Positions 24,982-35,667 of a stretch of DNA of 64,000 bases are shown here, piece after piece (positions within the stretch are counted from its first letter, which is position 1; each line of letters starts with the position of its first letter). The notes beneath the pieces were generated by a model. The model saw only the letters and a program-made list of their open reading frames with translations. It ran no database searches and was not told the origin of the DNA. The translations under genes were made by a program, and so were the position numbers. The stretch lies in NCBI RefSeq assembly GCF_964213995.1, contig NW_027590213.1, positions 434,001-498,000 of the forward strand, read 5' to 3'. The stretch is from Mustelus asterias (Eukaryota).

Positions 24982-25992
24982 TCACTTGTGAACTTGCTGG
25001 TGTGTCCGCCGGCTGGATGACTGAGTGAATCCCTTCCCACACACACAGCAAGTGAACGGTCTCTCCCCGGTGTGAACTCGCTGGTGTATCTGCAGGTGGG
25101 ATGATGTTCTAAATCTCTTTGAGCAGTGAGAGCAGCTGAACGGTCTCTCCTCAGTGTGAATGCGCTGGTGAATCATCAGTTCCCGAGAGCTTTTGAAACC
25201 ACTCCCACAGTCAGAACATTTAAAGGGTCTCTCATTGGTGTGAGTGAGATTGTGGTTCTGCAGGCTGGATGACTGAGTGAATCCCTTCCCACACACAGAG
25301 CAGGTGAATGGTCTCTCCCCAGTGTGAACGTGCTGGTGTATCCGCAGGTGGGATGACGTTCTAAATTTCTTTGCGCAGTGAGAGCAGCTGAACGGTCTCT
25401 CCCCAGTGTGAATGCGCTGGTGGATAATCAGTTCCCGAGAGCTTTTGAAACCACTCCCACAGTCAGAGCATTTAAAGGGTCTCTCATTGCTATGAGTGAC
25501 TTTGTGTTTTGACAGGTTGGATAACTGCGTAAATCCTTTCCCACACACCAAGCAGGTGAACGGTCTCTCCCCAGTGTGAATGCGCTGGTGAATCATTAGT
25601 TCCTGAGAGCTTTTGAAATCACGCCCACAGTCAGAGCATTTAAAGGGTTTCTCATTGCTGTGAGTGACTTTGTGTTTCGACAGGTTGGATAACTGCATAA
25701 ATCCTTTCCCACACACCAAGCAGGTGAATGGTCTCTCTCCAGTGTGAACACGCTGGTGTTTCTGCAGATCGGGTAAATGAGCGAATCCGTTCCCACACTC
25801 AAAGCAGATGAACGCTCTTTCTCCAGTATGAACCAGCTGATGTCGCTGCAGATGATATAACCGAGTGAATCTCTGCCCACACACAGAGCAGGTGAATGGC
25901 CTCTCCCCGGTGTGACTGCGTCGATGAATTTCCAGTTTACAGGGGGCTCTGTATCTCTTCCCACAGTCCCCACATTTCCACCGTTTCTCCAT
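24982..25992 (-). CDS. C2H2 zinc-finger protein, 12 fingers, 336 aa (ZNF-C)
   Basis: Intact ORF from GCACCATGG (MEKRWKC); internal duplicated finger blocks. Confidence 0.9.
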   Translation of the reverse strand: MEKRWKCGDCGKRYRAPCKLEIHRRSHTGERPFTCSVCGQRFTRLYHLQRHQLVHTGERAFICFECGNGFAHLPDLQKHQRVHTGERPFTCLVCGKGFMQLSNLSKHKVTHSNEKPFKCSDCGRDFKSSQELMIHQRIHTGERPFTCLVCGKGFTQLSNLSKHKVTHSNERPFKCSDCGSGFKSSRELIIHQRIHTGERPFSCSHCAKKFRTSSHLRIHQHVHTGERPFTCSVCGKGFTQSSSLQNHNLTHTNERPFKCSDCGSGFKSSRELMIHQRIHTEERPFSCSHCSKRFRTSSHLQIHQRVHTGERPFTCCVCGKGFTQSSSRRTHQQVHK

Positions 25993-26516
25993 GGTGCGGG
26001 CGTCCTTGTGACTCTCCAGGTTAAACAATCAGTTAAATCTCACACAGAACGTGGGTACAGTCTCTCCCGCTGTGAATGCTGCGATGTATTTTCAGGCTGT
26101 GTAACTGGTTAAAGCTCTTTCAACACTCAGTGCACTGGAACACTCTCACTCGGGTGTATCTGTGTCTTTCTGCTTTTCCAGTCACGTTGTTATTAAAGGC
26201 CTGCTGATGCAGACAGAACAGAGAAACATTTCTCCTTCTAGATTCAAAGGCCGATAATATTCAGGTCCGATGAATTGAGTGAGGGTGTCAGATGCTGGTG
26301 TGATGTTTGTTTCAAGATTTTGGTCTGTCAATCCTCACCTTCTCATATCCTGTAAACGAGTTTGAAAAATTCATCAGTGTCAGTGCAGGATAGAAATTCA
26401 GAACAGACAATTCTAGTTTCTATGGAACATTCTTTCCTCTCTCATTCCCCAAAAGCTGTAAATCTCCATCCCACACACTCTCCCTCCATTCTCACTCTGC
26501 TGTATCTAATATTCAC

Positions 26517-26582
26517 CCTCCCAATTCTCCTGAAGGTGCTGATTGAGGCTGATTGACAGATCCATGCTCACTGCTTCCTGTC
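26517..26582 (-). other. Putative 66-nt exon 2 of ZNF-C
   Basis: Matches 13710-13775; AG acceptor and GTGAAT donor. Confidence 0.55.
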
Positions 26583-26805
26583 CTGGACACAGAGAGCTGA
26601 AAATCTCCATGCAGGCTGCCAGACAGATATTTGTCTAAATTACTGGGCTAAAAATGTGTGGAATATACAGACTGGATTCACTTCCTTTCCCTTCAGTTGC
26701 TGCAAGTTCCCAATTTCCCCCAGAATGTGAAAAGAAATGGAAAGGGGGAGAAAAGGAAGTGTTTCACTCACAGATGTTGGCCTCTTTTAAGGTAAGAGGG
26801 AGCTT

Positions 26806-26876
26806 TGTATTGGCTGGGAATCAAACCCGGGCCTCCCCCGTGACAGGTGAGAATTCTACCACTGAACCACCAATGC
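26806..26876 (-). pseudogene. tRNA-Gly(GCC)-derived pseudogene with anticodon changed to GTC
   Basis: Minus strand GCATTGGTGGTTCAGTGGTAGAATTCTCACCTGTCACGGGGGAGGCCCGGGTTTGATTCCCAGCCAATACA, 71 nt, vertebrate tRNA-Gly body with T-loop and stem substitutions. Confidence 0.85.
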
Positions 26877-27019
26877 ACAGGGCAGAGAAAACTGCTCAGT
26901 TCTTTCAACCAGTGCTTTCACATGCAAAGAAATGTTGATGATTTGCAGCAGCAAATTCAATGCTGCTAACACACACACAACAACAACACTGTTCGCCTCT
27001 TTGAAGGTACAACAACACT

Positions 27020-28345
27020 GTTGGTTTCTTTTTGTTTATTACAAATACGTTAATACAAAACAATTACAAATACACAAAGAACAAATGTGAAAAAATACAT
27101 TACCAATGGCTAACGCCATCCATTTATCAGTTACTACCTTCCATTTCGGAAGGGTTCATCGTCAATTACAGTTTTCCAGGGCATTGCCCTCAAAATACAC
27201 CTCCATTTACAAATCATAATCTACAAATCTACAAACATTAACACAACACTACAACTGTACACAACAAAAAAAATAAACACTGAAGCATAAGGGCACCGTC
27301 CCCTGGGTTTGTCCACCTGCCGGGGGATGCAACCCTCCAGTGGTACTCATATCCGGGGGTTACACCTTACGGATGTTCAGCCGGAGGGGGGAAATGGGGG
27401 AAACCACCCCGCCTACTCAATCCGGAATCCCTTCCGGAATTTCAGCCGGGGCGGTGGGAGAGTCTCTCCAGGGTACTCAGTTCGGGCCTGCCTTCCCAAT
27501 TTTTCTCCCGGAGAATAAAAATCCCTCTGGTGTTACTATGTCCGGGGCTTCACCACCCAGAACTTTCCCCAAGTGGATGTCACACCCCCCGGGGGTGACT
27601 TTATCCAGGGGGGGATGCCCCCCAGGCCACAAATAACGCAAGAAAATAGTCGGGGGCCGGAACAAACCACCAACTATCATAACATGAAAACCACATATTA
27701 CAATAACAAACAATCCATGAACAACCATACAATTGTGAAACATTTCGGAGGCATCGCCTTCCAGAGCTTCGCCCATCAACATTCCACCGTCCGAAGTCGA
27801 CAACGCTCAACTACAGTCCTCCAAAGTCCACCACTCCGGGCCAGATCTTCCAAAATCACACCCACTGGGGCTGCACCGTCTGGGGTCACACCTTCCGCGG
27901 CTGAACCTTCCGAAACCATAGTTCCCAAATGGCTCCTCCCTGGCTTGGGTCTTCCGAGATTGCATCTCCCTGGGCCACGCCTTTCAAGGCACAGGAATCC
28001 CAGCGAGAGCAGCATTCAACAAGCCCCAGCCGAAACAAAAAGTTCTTGCACAAGTCACGAACCCAAGCACTTGAAACAGAAACTTCACGCCGACCAAGGC
28101 GTTCCTCCCAGCGGCCACATTTCCAAAAGCTCACCGCAAGGCGCGCATTAAGCCCGCCTTGAACTCCTTATCCTCTGCCCGCCCCCTGCCTGGAGCACAC
28201 CATACTGGCCAACACGCAAAGCGAACGGCCAATATGGTGGACTGGCTGGACAATCCAATCTTTCCCACTCACAGATGTTGGCGACAGGAGGATGTTTGAG
28301 TCTGTCTGAAGCTCAATCTTCATTCAGAGAGAGAGCAGCCGCTTT
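27020..28345 (-). mobile_element. Unclassified non-autonomous retroposon copy A (~1.25 kb) headed by ~85 nt of ZNF exon-1 sequence
   Basis: Ends in aataaa plus A-rich tail on the minus strand; near-identical to 28979-30295; no RT motifs. Confidence 0.65.
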
Positions 28346-28978
28346 GTTTTTTTTTCTTCTTGTTTATTACAAATACGTTAATGCAAAACAGTTACAAATA
28401 CACAAAGAACAAATGTGAAAAAATACATTACCAATGGCTAACGCCATCCATTTATCAGTTACTACCTTCCATTTCGGAAGGGTTCATCGTCAATAACAGT
28501 TTTCCAGGGCATTGCCCTCAAAATACACCTCCATTTACAAATCATAATCTACAAATCTACAAACATTAACACAACACTACAACTGTACACAACAAAAAAA
28601 AAACACTGAAGCATAAGGGCACCGTCCCCTGGGTTTTTCCCCTACCGGGGGATGCAACCCTCCAGAGGTACTCAGGTCCGGGGGTTCCACCTGACGGATG
28701 TTCGACTGGAGGCGGGGGGACAGGAAAACCACCCCGAACCTACTCAATCCGGACTGCCTTCCGGATTTTCGGCTGGGGCGGTGGGAAAAGCTCTCCGGGA
28801 TACTCAATTCGGCCTGCCTTCCCAATTTTTCTCCCGGAGAACAAAACCCCCCCGGTGTTACCCCTCTGGGTGCCCCGGACACTTTCCCCAACTGGATGTC
28901 ACACCCCCCGGGGATCACTCTATCCAGGGGGGGGGGGGGGGGGATACCCCCTAGGCCACAAACAATGCAAAGATTTTC
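28346..28978 (-). mobile_element. 5'-truncated, diverged copy B of the same element
   Basis: Same 3' end and A tail as copy A; GC-rich part differs at many positions. Confidence 0.65.
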
Positions 28979-30295
28979 CGTTGGTTAGTACAAACACGAT
29001 ATTACAAAACAATTACAAATGAATAAAGAACAAATCCGAAAAATACATTACCGATGGCTAACACCATCCATTTATCAATTACTACCTTCCATTTCGGAAG
29101 GGTTCATCATCAATTACAGTTTTCCAGGGCATTGCCCTCAAAATACACCTCCATTTACAAATCATAATCTACAAATCTACAAACATTAACACAACACTAC
29201 AACTATACACAACAAAAAATAAACACTGAAGCATAAGGGCACCGTCCCCTGGGTTTGTCCACCTGCCGGGGGATGCAACCCTCCAGTGGTACTCATATCC
29301 GGGGGTTACACCTTACGGATGTTCAGCCGGAGGGGGGAAATGGGGAAACCACCCCGAACCTACTCAATCCGGAATTCCTTCCGGAATTTCAGCCGGGGCG
29401 GTGGGAGAGTCTCTCCAGGGTACTCAGTTCGGGCCTGCCTTCCCAATTTTTCTCCCGGAGAATAAAAATCCCTCTGGTGTTACTATGTCCGGGGCTTCAC
29501 CACCCAGAACTTTCCCCAAGTGGATGTCACACCCCCCGGGGGTGACTCCATCCAGGGGGGGATGCCCCCCAGGCCACAAATAACGCAAGAAAATAGACGG
29601 GGGCCGGAACAAACCACCAACTATCATAACAGAAAAACCACATATTACAATAACAAACAATCCATGAACAACCATACAATTGTGAAACATTTCGGAGGCA
29701 TCGCCTTCCAGAGCTTCGCCCATCAACATTCCACCGTCCGAAGTCGACAACGCTCAACTACAGTCCTCCAAAGTCCACCACTCCGGGCCAGAACTTCCAA
29801 AATCACACCCACTGGGGCTGCACCGTCTGGGGTCACACCTTCCGCGGCTGAACCTTCCGAAACCATAGTTCCCAAATGGCTCCTCCCTGGCTTGGGTCTT
29901 CCGAGATTGCATCTACCTGGGCCACACCTTTCAAGGCACAGGAATCCCAGCAAGAGCAGCATTCAACAAGCCCCAGCCGAAACAAAAAGTTCTTGCACAA
30001 GTCACGAACCCAAGCACTTGAAACAGAAACTTCACGCCGACCAAGGCGTTCCTCCCAGCGGCCACATTTCCAAAAGCTCACCGCAAGGCGCGCATTAAGC
30101 CCGCCTTGAACTCCTTATCCTCTGCCCGCCCCCTGCCTGGAGCACACTATACTGGCCAACACGCAAAGCGAACGGCCAATATGGTGGACTGGCTGGACAA
30201 TCCAATCTTTCCCACTCACAGATCTGGACGACAGGAGGAAGTTTGACTCTGTCTGAAGCTCAATCTTCATTCAAAGAGAGAGAGCAGCAGCTTTG
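28979..30295 (-). mobile_element. Copy C of the same element, with the ZNF exon-1 head
   Basis: Colinear with copy A, including tttcccactcacagat...gctttg. Confidence 0.65.
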
Positions 30296-30774
30296 CTGGG
30301 CCTTAATGAGCAGCTGAACAAGCTCATTGTCCACTTCCGCATTCAGACAATGGGGGGCTCTGATTGGCTGGAGGACCAGAGTCCTTCCGGTCCTCCAACT
30401 CTTCCCATTGGTCAATACCTCAACATGAGGGTCAGGGGGTGGGCACTCCCTCGCACATGCGCAGCTTCCCCACTCCCTTGGACATGCGCAGTCCCGGGCC
30501 GTGGGCAGGGGGCGATCAACGAGTTACTTCTCGCTCTGGCCGGAGCCATCAGTCGGTTGCCTGGAAACCTTGGCTCGAGGAGGTGGAGGGGGAGGGGAAC
30601 AATGGGTGGGGGCGGGGCTCCCGTGTCCGCGCGCCCGGGCCTGCGCACTGGAACCCCTGTACGTCATCGCGGAAGAGACTGATTCCTCCTGGCTGATTCA
30701 GGCAGGGCTGCATTGTGACGTCAAAATACGGATGTTGTCCAATGAGCTTCAGACCAAAACCTCCTCCTCTGGCA
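30296..30774. promoter_or_regulatory. Bidirectional ZNF promoter module, copy 2
   Basis: CCAAT, catgcgca x2, RFX gttgcctggaaac (30556-30568), GC box, CRE tgacgtca near 30716. Confidence 0.7.
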
Positions 30775-30777
30775 TGA

Positions 30778-30849
30778 GGGGGTGTAGCTCAGTGGTAGAG
30801 CATTTGATTGCAGATCAAGAGGTCCCCAGTTCAAATCTGGGCGCTCCCC
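30778..30849 (+). tRNA. tRNA-Cys(GCA) copy, probably a retroposed pseudogene
   Basis: GGGGGTGTAGCTCAGTGGTAGAGCATTTGATTGCAGATCAAGAGGTCCCCAGTTCAAATCTGGGCGCTCCCC folds as a cloverleaf with intact A/B boxes; discriminator reads C rather than U; no TTTT terminator follows. Confidence 0.85.
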
Positions 30850-30942
30850 TATCTAATCTTCATCTTAGCAAGAAAGAATCAAAGTCATAAAACCCACCCT
30901 TACACAGTACAGTGTCTGTAACTGCAGCAATGAGTAATAATA

Positions 30943-32802
30943 GGACCTGGCTGACCTGCGGAGGGTGCGAGAATGCCAGGCGGTGTACTCCGCCGCGTCC
31001 TCCGCCAGGATCAACTGGGCCAAGTGCTCCGGACTCCTTGTCGGTCCTTGGGAGACGGACCCCCTTCCGGAGGAGCTCAGGCCTTTCACCTGGAGCAGGA
31101 CCAACCTCCTCTACTTGGGGGCCCATCTCTGCCCAGCCGAGGAATCCTGGCCGGCGAACTGGCGGGAGCTGGAGGCCAAAGTCTCCGCCCGCCTGAGTCC
31201 TACGGGGCGCGAGTTCGCGTCATAAACCAGCTGGTCGCCTCCATGCTGTGGTACCGGCTGGTCCCTTTGACCCCTCCCCCTGGCTTTGTCGCCGATATCC
31301 AGAGAACCCTCCTGCGGTTCTTCTGGGACAATCGACTGCACTGGGTCCCTGCTGCGGTTCTGCATCTCCCGCTTGAGGAGGGCGGACAAGGTCTGGTGTG
31401 GCTCCGCACTCAGATAGCGGCCTTCCGCCTCCAGGCCCTGCAGAGGTACCTTTACGTTGAGCCCCCTCCACAATGGTGTGCCATGGCGACGTATTTCTTC
31501 CGCCAGAGGCACGGCCTCAATTATGACGTGCAGCTCCTGCATATCGAACTGGGGCGTGCTTCGACCACCCTGCAGGAGTTGCCCGTCTTTTACCAGGACC
31601 TCCTCACTGTCTGGAACAAGGTCGCCTCGCGACGCAGCTCTCCCCCGTCAGGAATCCGCTCCTCCAGCCATATAACTTCAGGTGGCTGACGGAGAGGAGG
31701 GCTGCGGACGCTGGGGTGACCAGAATCGGGGACGTGCTCGATGGCGGAGGAGCGGGCTGGATGAGTCCCCGTGTGCTGGCTGAGCGCGCGGGGACGTCCG
31801 TCCGGCACGCGGCCAAAGCCATCCTAGACCTTAGGACGGTCGTGCTCGGCCCCGAAACTGCACGCAAACCCGAGGCAGCGCAGGCGTGCGGTGGGATCCC
31901 GCCCGAGCGTTCCCCTGTTCGGGCGGAATTCCACATTGGCCCAAAGCCTCAGCCCCCCTCCCCCCCTGGGTGAGGTGCCCCACAGCCTGAGCCGCCTCGC
32001 GGAAATGTCCTCCGTGCCTTTTTCTACCGCGCGGAGGCGTTTCCTGTGCGGGCTGCTGCTGCACACCCTCCACTACTGCCTCCTCGCCTGTCGCCCGGAT
32101 ACACCTTGGCGGGCCTTGTTGCCGCCGGGCGGCGGAGGTCCCCGCTGGAGGTCCCTCTGCGGAGGGATCTCCCCCAATTACGTCGGGGACCTGGGGTGGA
32201 GGGTGATGCATGCAGCAGTTCCGCACAACCGTAGGATTCACTGGTTCACGGGCTCCGAAGACTGCCCTTTCTGTGGCCTTGTGGAGTCCGTGGACCATGT
32301 CTATGTTGAGTGTCTTAGGCTGCACTCCCTTTATGTTTTCCTGAAGAACCTTTTGTTGATGTTTTGTCTGCACTTCAGTCCCACGCTCCTGATCTACGGA
32401 CACCCGGTGCGGAGAGGGGAGGGTCGGGATGGCGACCTCCTCGTGAACCTGCTCCTGGGCCTGCCGAAACGCGCCATTTACCGGTCCAGGCAGCGGGCGA
32501 TCGAGGGGGCCGTCCATCCTGACTGTCTTCCCCTCTACCGCGGCTACGTTCGCGGCCAGGTGTCCCTGGAGAGGGAGCATGCGGTGTCCACGGGCGCGGT
32601 TGACACCTTCCGTGCCCGCTGGGCACCGCAGGGGTTGGGGTGCATTATTGACCCTAATAATCACATTTTAATTTGATGTTTTTAAGTTTCCTTTGTACTT
32701 TGATTTCTGTTCGGGCTGTTCCCCCTCCTTTTTGGGGAGCTGCCCCTTTTACTTTGTCCTGATTTAATCTGAGTTTGTTTATTTGGTTTGACCTAAAAAG
32801 AG
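30943..32802 (+). mobile_element. Tx1-group (L1 clade) LINE, 5'-truncated just after the RT active site, frameshifted with internal deletions
   Basis: SARINWAKC, NQLVASMLWY, LPLEEGGQGL, CPFCGLVESVDHVYVEC zinc knuckle, T-rich 3' UTR ending gacctaaaaagag. Confidence 0.9.
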
Positions 32803-33287
32803 GGCAACATCTGGGAGGAAAACACTTTCTTCCCTCCACCCCCCCCCCCCCCCCCCTTTCCATTTTTTTTCTCATTCTGGGGGAAATTGGGGACTTGCAG
32901 CAACTGATGGGAAAGGAAGTGAATCCAGGGAGGCTGCAGACTCTGGAAAGGTTACAGATGAAGACCGGATTCAGGAACAGGACTAGGCCCAGGTATATTT
33001 TTGTTTCTCTCTCAAAGACATTGACATCTTTTAGTTCCCTCAGTTTATCTGGCTAATAGGGGAGCCTCTTACCCAATGTTCACAATTCAGTTTTCCCAGA
33101 AGAGGGCTAACATTTAAATGAACTGTAAATTTGTATGGGAGAGAGATATGTTATTTATGATCCCATATTTTTTGTCTTGAAATATACAGCAGTGTGGCTG
33201 CTTTATCAATTTCCAGTGATGCAGAGATTACAACATAGAAGGAAATGCATTTGGCAACTTAAATCCATGCTAACTCTCTGTGGTAGC

Positions 33288-33455
33288 CATGATGTGGAGA
33301 TGCTGGCATTGGACTGGGTTGGGCATAGTAAGAAGTCTCACAACACCAGGTTAAAGTCCATCAGGTGAGTGACCTGAGGAAGGAGCAGTGCTCCAAAAGC
33401 TCGTGATTCCAAATAAACCTGTTGGACTTTAACCTAGTGTTGTGAGACTTACTGA
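33288..33455. mobile_element. Penelope-like inverted terminal fragments with a degenerate hammerhead
   Basis: Family signature on both strands; ctgagga...ctccaaaagctcgtg. Confidence 0.7.
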
Positions 33456-33489
33456 ACTCTCTGTGGAGCAATTTGGTCAGTTCCATTCC

Positions 33490-33830
33490 CTTGAGTTCCA
33501 CGTCACATTGGAATGGATGAGGGTTCCAGATGAACTGAGACTGGGGTGGAATCGGACGATATCACTGAGATGGGAATAGGCGGTTTTGATGATGATGTGG
33601 ATATGTGGTTGGAAGCTCATCTTGGGGTGAAATATTTCACCATGGTTGTGAACAGTTTGGTTCAGCCTCAGACAGTTACCAGGAAGATAGAGTTGCTGGT
33701 GAGGGAGTGGAGTTTGTAGTGGGGCCTGAAGACAATGGGTTCAGTCTTCCCAGTGTTTATATGAACGAAGTTTCAGTTCTTTTAGTACTGGATGTCAGAC
33801 AAGTCAGGATTGTGTGCGAGTTGTGGGGGG
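33490..33830 (-). mobile_element. Old L2-like LINE fragment (paralogous copy at ~42520-42850 +)
   Basis: Shared inverted block with the 42.5 kb region; resembles RT C-terminal L2 sequence. Confidence 0.5.
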
Positions 33831-34085
33831 AGAAACTCGGAGGTGATGGTGTTCACATCTACCTGCTACCTTGGTCCTTCTAGGTGGTGGAGGTTGAGGG
33901 TTTGGGAGATTCTGTCAACGTTCTCATTGAGTTCTAGATGTATAAAATCCCTCTCCTTCACCCCGGCCCCTTCTACTTCTCTCTGTCTCCACTCAGTGCC
34001 CAGATTCTTATCTAGACCAGGTGCCAGATTTCCTTTCTTGACAGACATCAGCATACCACTTGGGTTTTTATGATAATCCAGCAGC

Positions 34086-35360
34086 TTTCCTCTGTGTGGG
34101 TTTCCTCCAGGTGCTCTGGTTTCCACCCACAGTCCAGAGATGTGCAGATTAAGTGGGTTGGCCATTTCCCCTTAGTGTCCCAAGACATGTAGGTTAGATG
34201 GATTAGCCATGGTAAATATGTGAGGGTATGGGGATAGGGTGGGAGAGAGGCTCTGGGTAAGATACTATGTGAGAGAATTGGTGCAGACTCATTGGGTTGA
34301 ATGGCCTCCTTCTGCACTGTAGGGACTCTATGATAATGTGGGAAAATGTGAAATTGTTCATTTTGGAAGGGAGATCAGGGGAGTATTATTTAAATGGGGA
34401 AAAAACTGTAAAGCTGCAACACAACAGGACTTGGGGGACTTCTGCACAAAACACAGAAACCTAGCACACAGGTGCAGTTGGTAATCAGGAAGCCTAATAG
34501 AATGTTGGCCCTTATTTAAAGTAAAGTTTATTTATTTGTCACAAGTAGGCTTACATTAACAATGCAATGATGTTACTATGAAAATCCCTGAGTCACCACA
34601 CTCCGGCGCCTGTTCAGGTACACTGAGGGAGAATTTAGCATGACCAGTTCACCTAACCAGCACATCTTTGGACTGTGGGAGGAAACCGGAGCACCCGGAG
34701 GGAACCCACGCAGACACAGGGAGAATGTGCAAACTCCACACAGACAGTGACCCAAGCCAGGAATTGAACCCGGGTCTCTGGCGCTGTGAAGCAGCAGTGC
34801 TAACCACCGTGCCACCATGGTTGGAGTATATGAGTAGGGACGTCTTGCTGCAACTGTACAAGGTACTGGCGAGACCATATCTGGAGGACTGTGAGCAGTT
34901 TTGGTCTCCTTATTTAAGGAAAAATATTATTTCATTGGAGGCAGTTCACAGTAGATTCACTTGGATTATCCCCGTTATGGAGGGATTGTTTTATGAGGAA
35001 AGGTTAAACAGGTTGGGACTCTCCTCATTGGAATTTAGAAGAATGAGAGGTGATCTCATTGAAGCATATCGAATTCTTAAGGGACTTGAGAGGGTAAATG
35101 CTGAGTGGATGTTTCCTCTCATGGGAGAGTCTAGGACCAGAGGGCACAGTCTCAGAATAAAAGGTGCCAATTTAAGACTGAGATCAGGAGCAATTTCTTC
35201 TCCCAGAGGGTTGAGAGTCTTTGCAACTCCTTGCCACAGAGAGCTGAGCGGGCAAAGCCCTTGTGTATATTTTTGAACAGTAAGGAAATCAAGGGTTACG
35301 GGAAAAGGGCAAGAAAGTGGACATGAGGAATGTCAGATCAGCCATGATCCTATTGAATGG
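34086..35360. mobile_element. SINE 3' part (34086-34333 +) and CR1 3' fragment (34335-35360 +) interrupted by a SINE (34518-34820 -)
   Basis: LLQLYKVLARPYLEDCEQFWSPYLRK; HE1-like head at ~34820. Confidence 0.85.
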
Positions 35361-35667
35361 GTGACATTCAATCCCTTCCCTGCAGGACATCAGTGAATCA
35401 CTTGGGTTTTTATGACACTCCAGAATTTTCATGGTCACTTTTTCCTAGTGCCAGCCCCAGAAATTACCAGATTCATTCAGCTCAATTTCACAACCTGCCT
35501 TTGTGTTTTTGTGGGTTCTCTCTCACTTTTTTTTTCTTTTAAATTCAGTGTCACAGAGTTTTAGAAGCGGAGGATTTGCAGTCAGGAATCTTCGAACAAA
35601 CATCACATCTGGATCTGACGGAGCTGCCCAGTTAACGGTAACTTGATTATCATTCGGATTTTAAACA

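Noticed and set aside
26806-26876. Functional tRNA-Asp(GTC) or recoding tRNA
   Set aside because: The body is tRNA-Gly with mismatches in the anticodon stem, T arm and acceptor stem; best read as a pseudogene
27120-27200. SECIS or ribozyme in the 3' hairpins of the unassigned element
   Set aside because: ATGA/GA quartet spacing and hammerhead or HDV cores could not be matched by eye
27573-30098. Duplicated 192-aa plus-strand ORFs (27573-28151, 29520-30098)
   Set aside because: Antisense to the poly(A) polarity of the repeat, no domain; conservation is explained by recent copy identity
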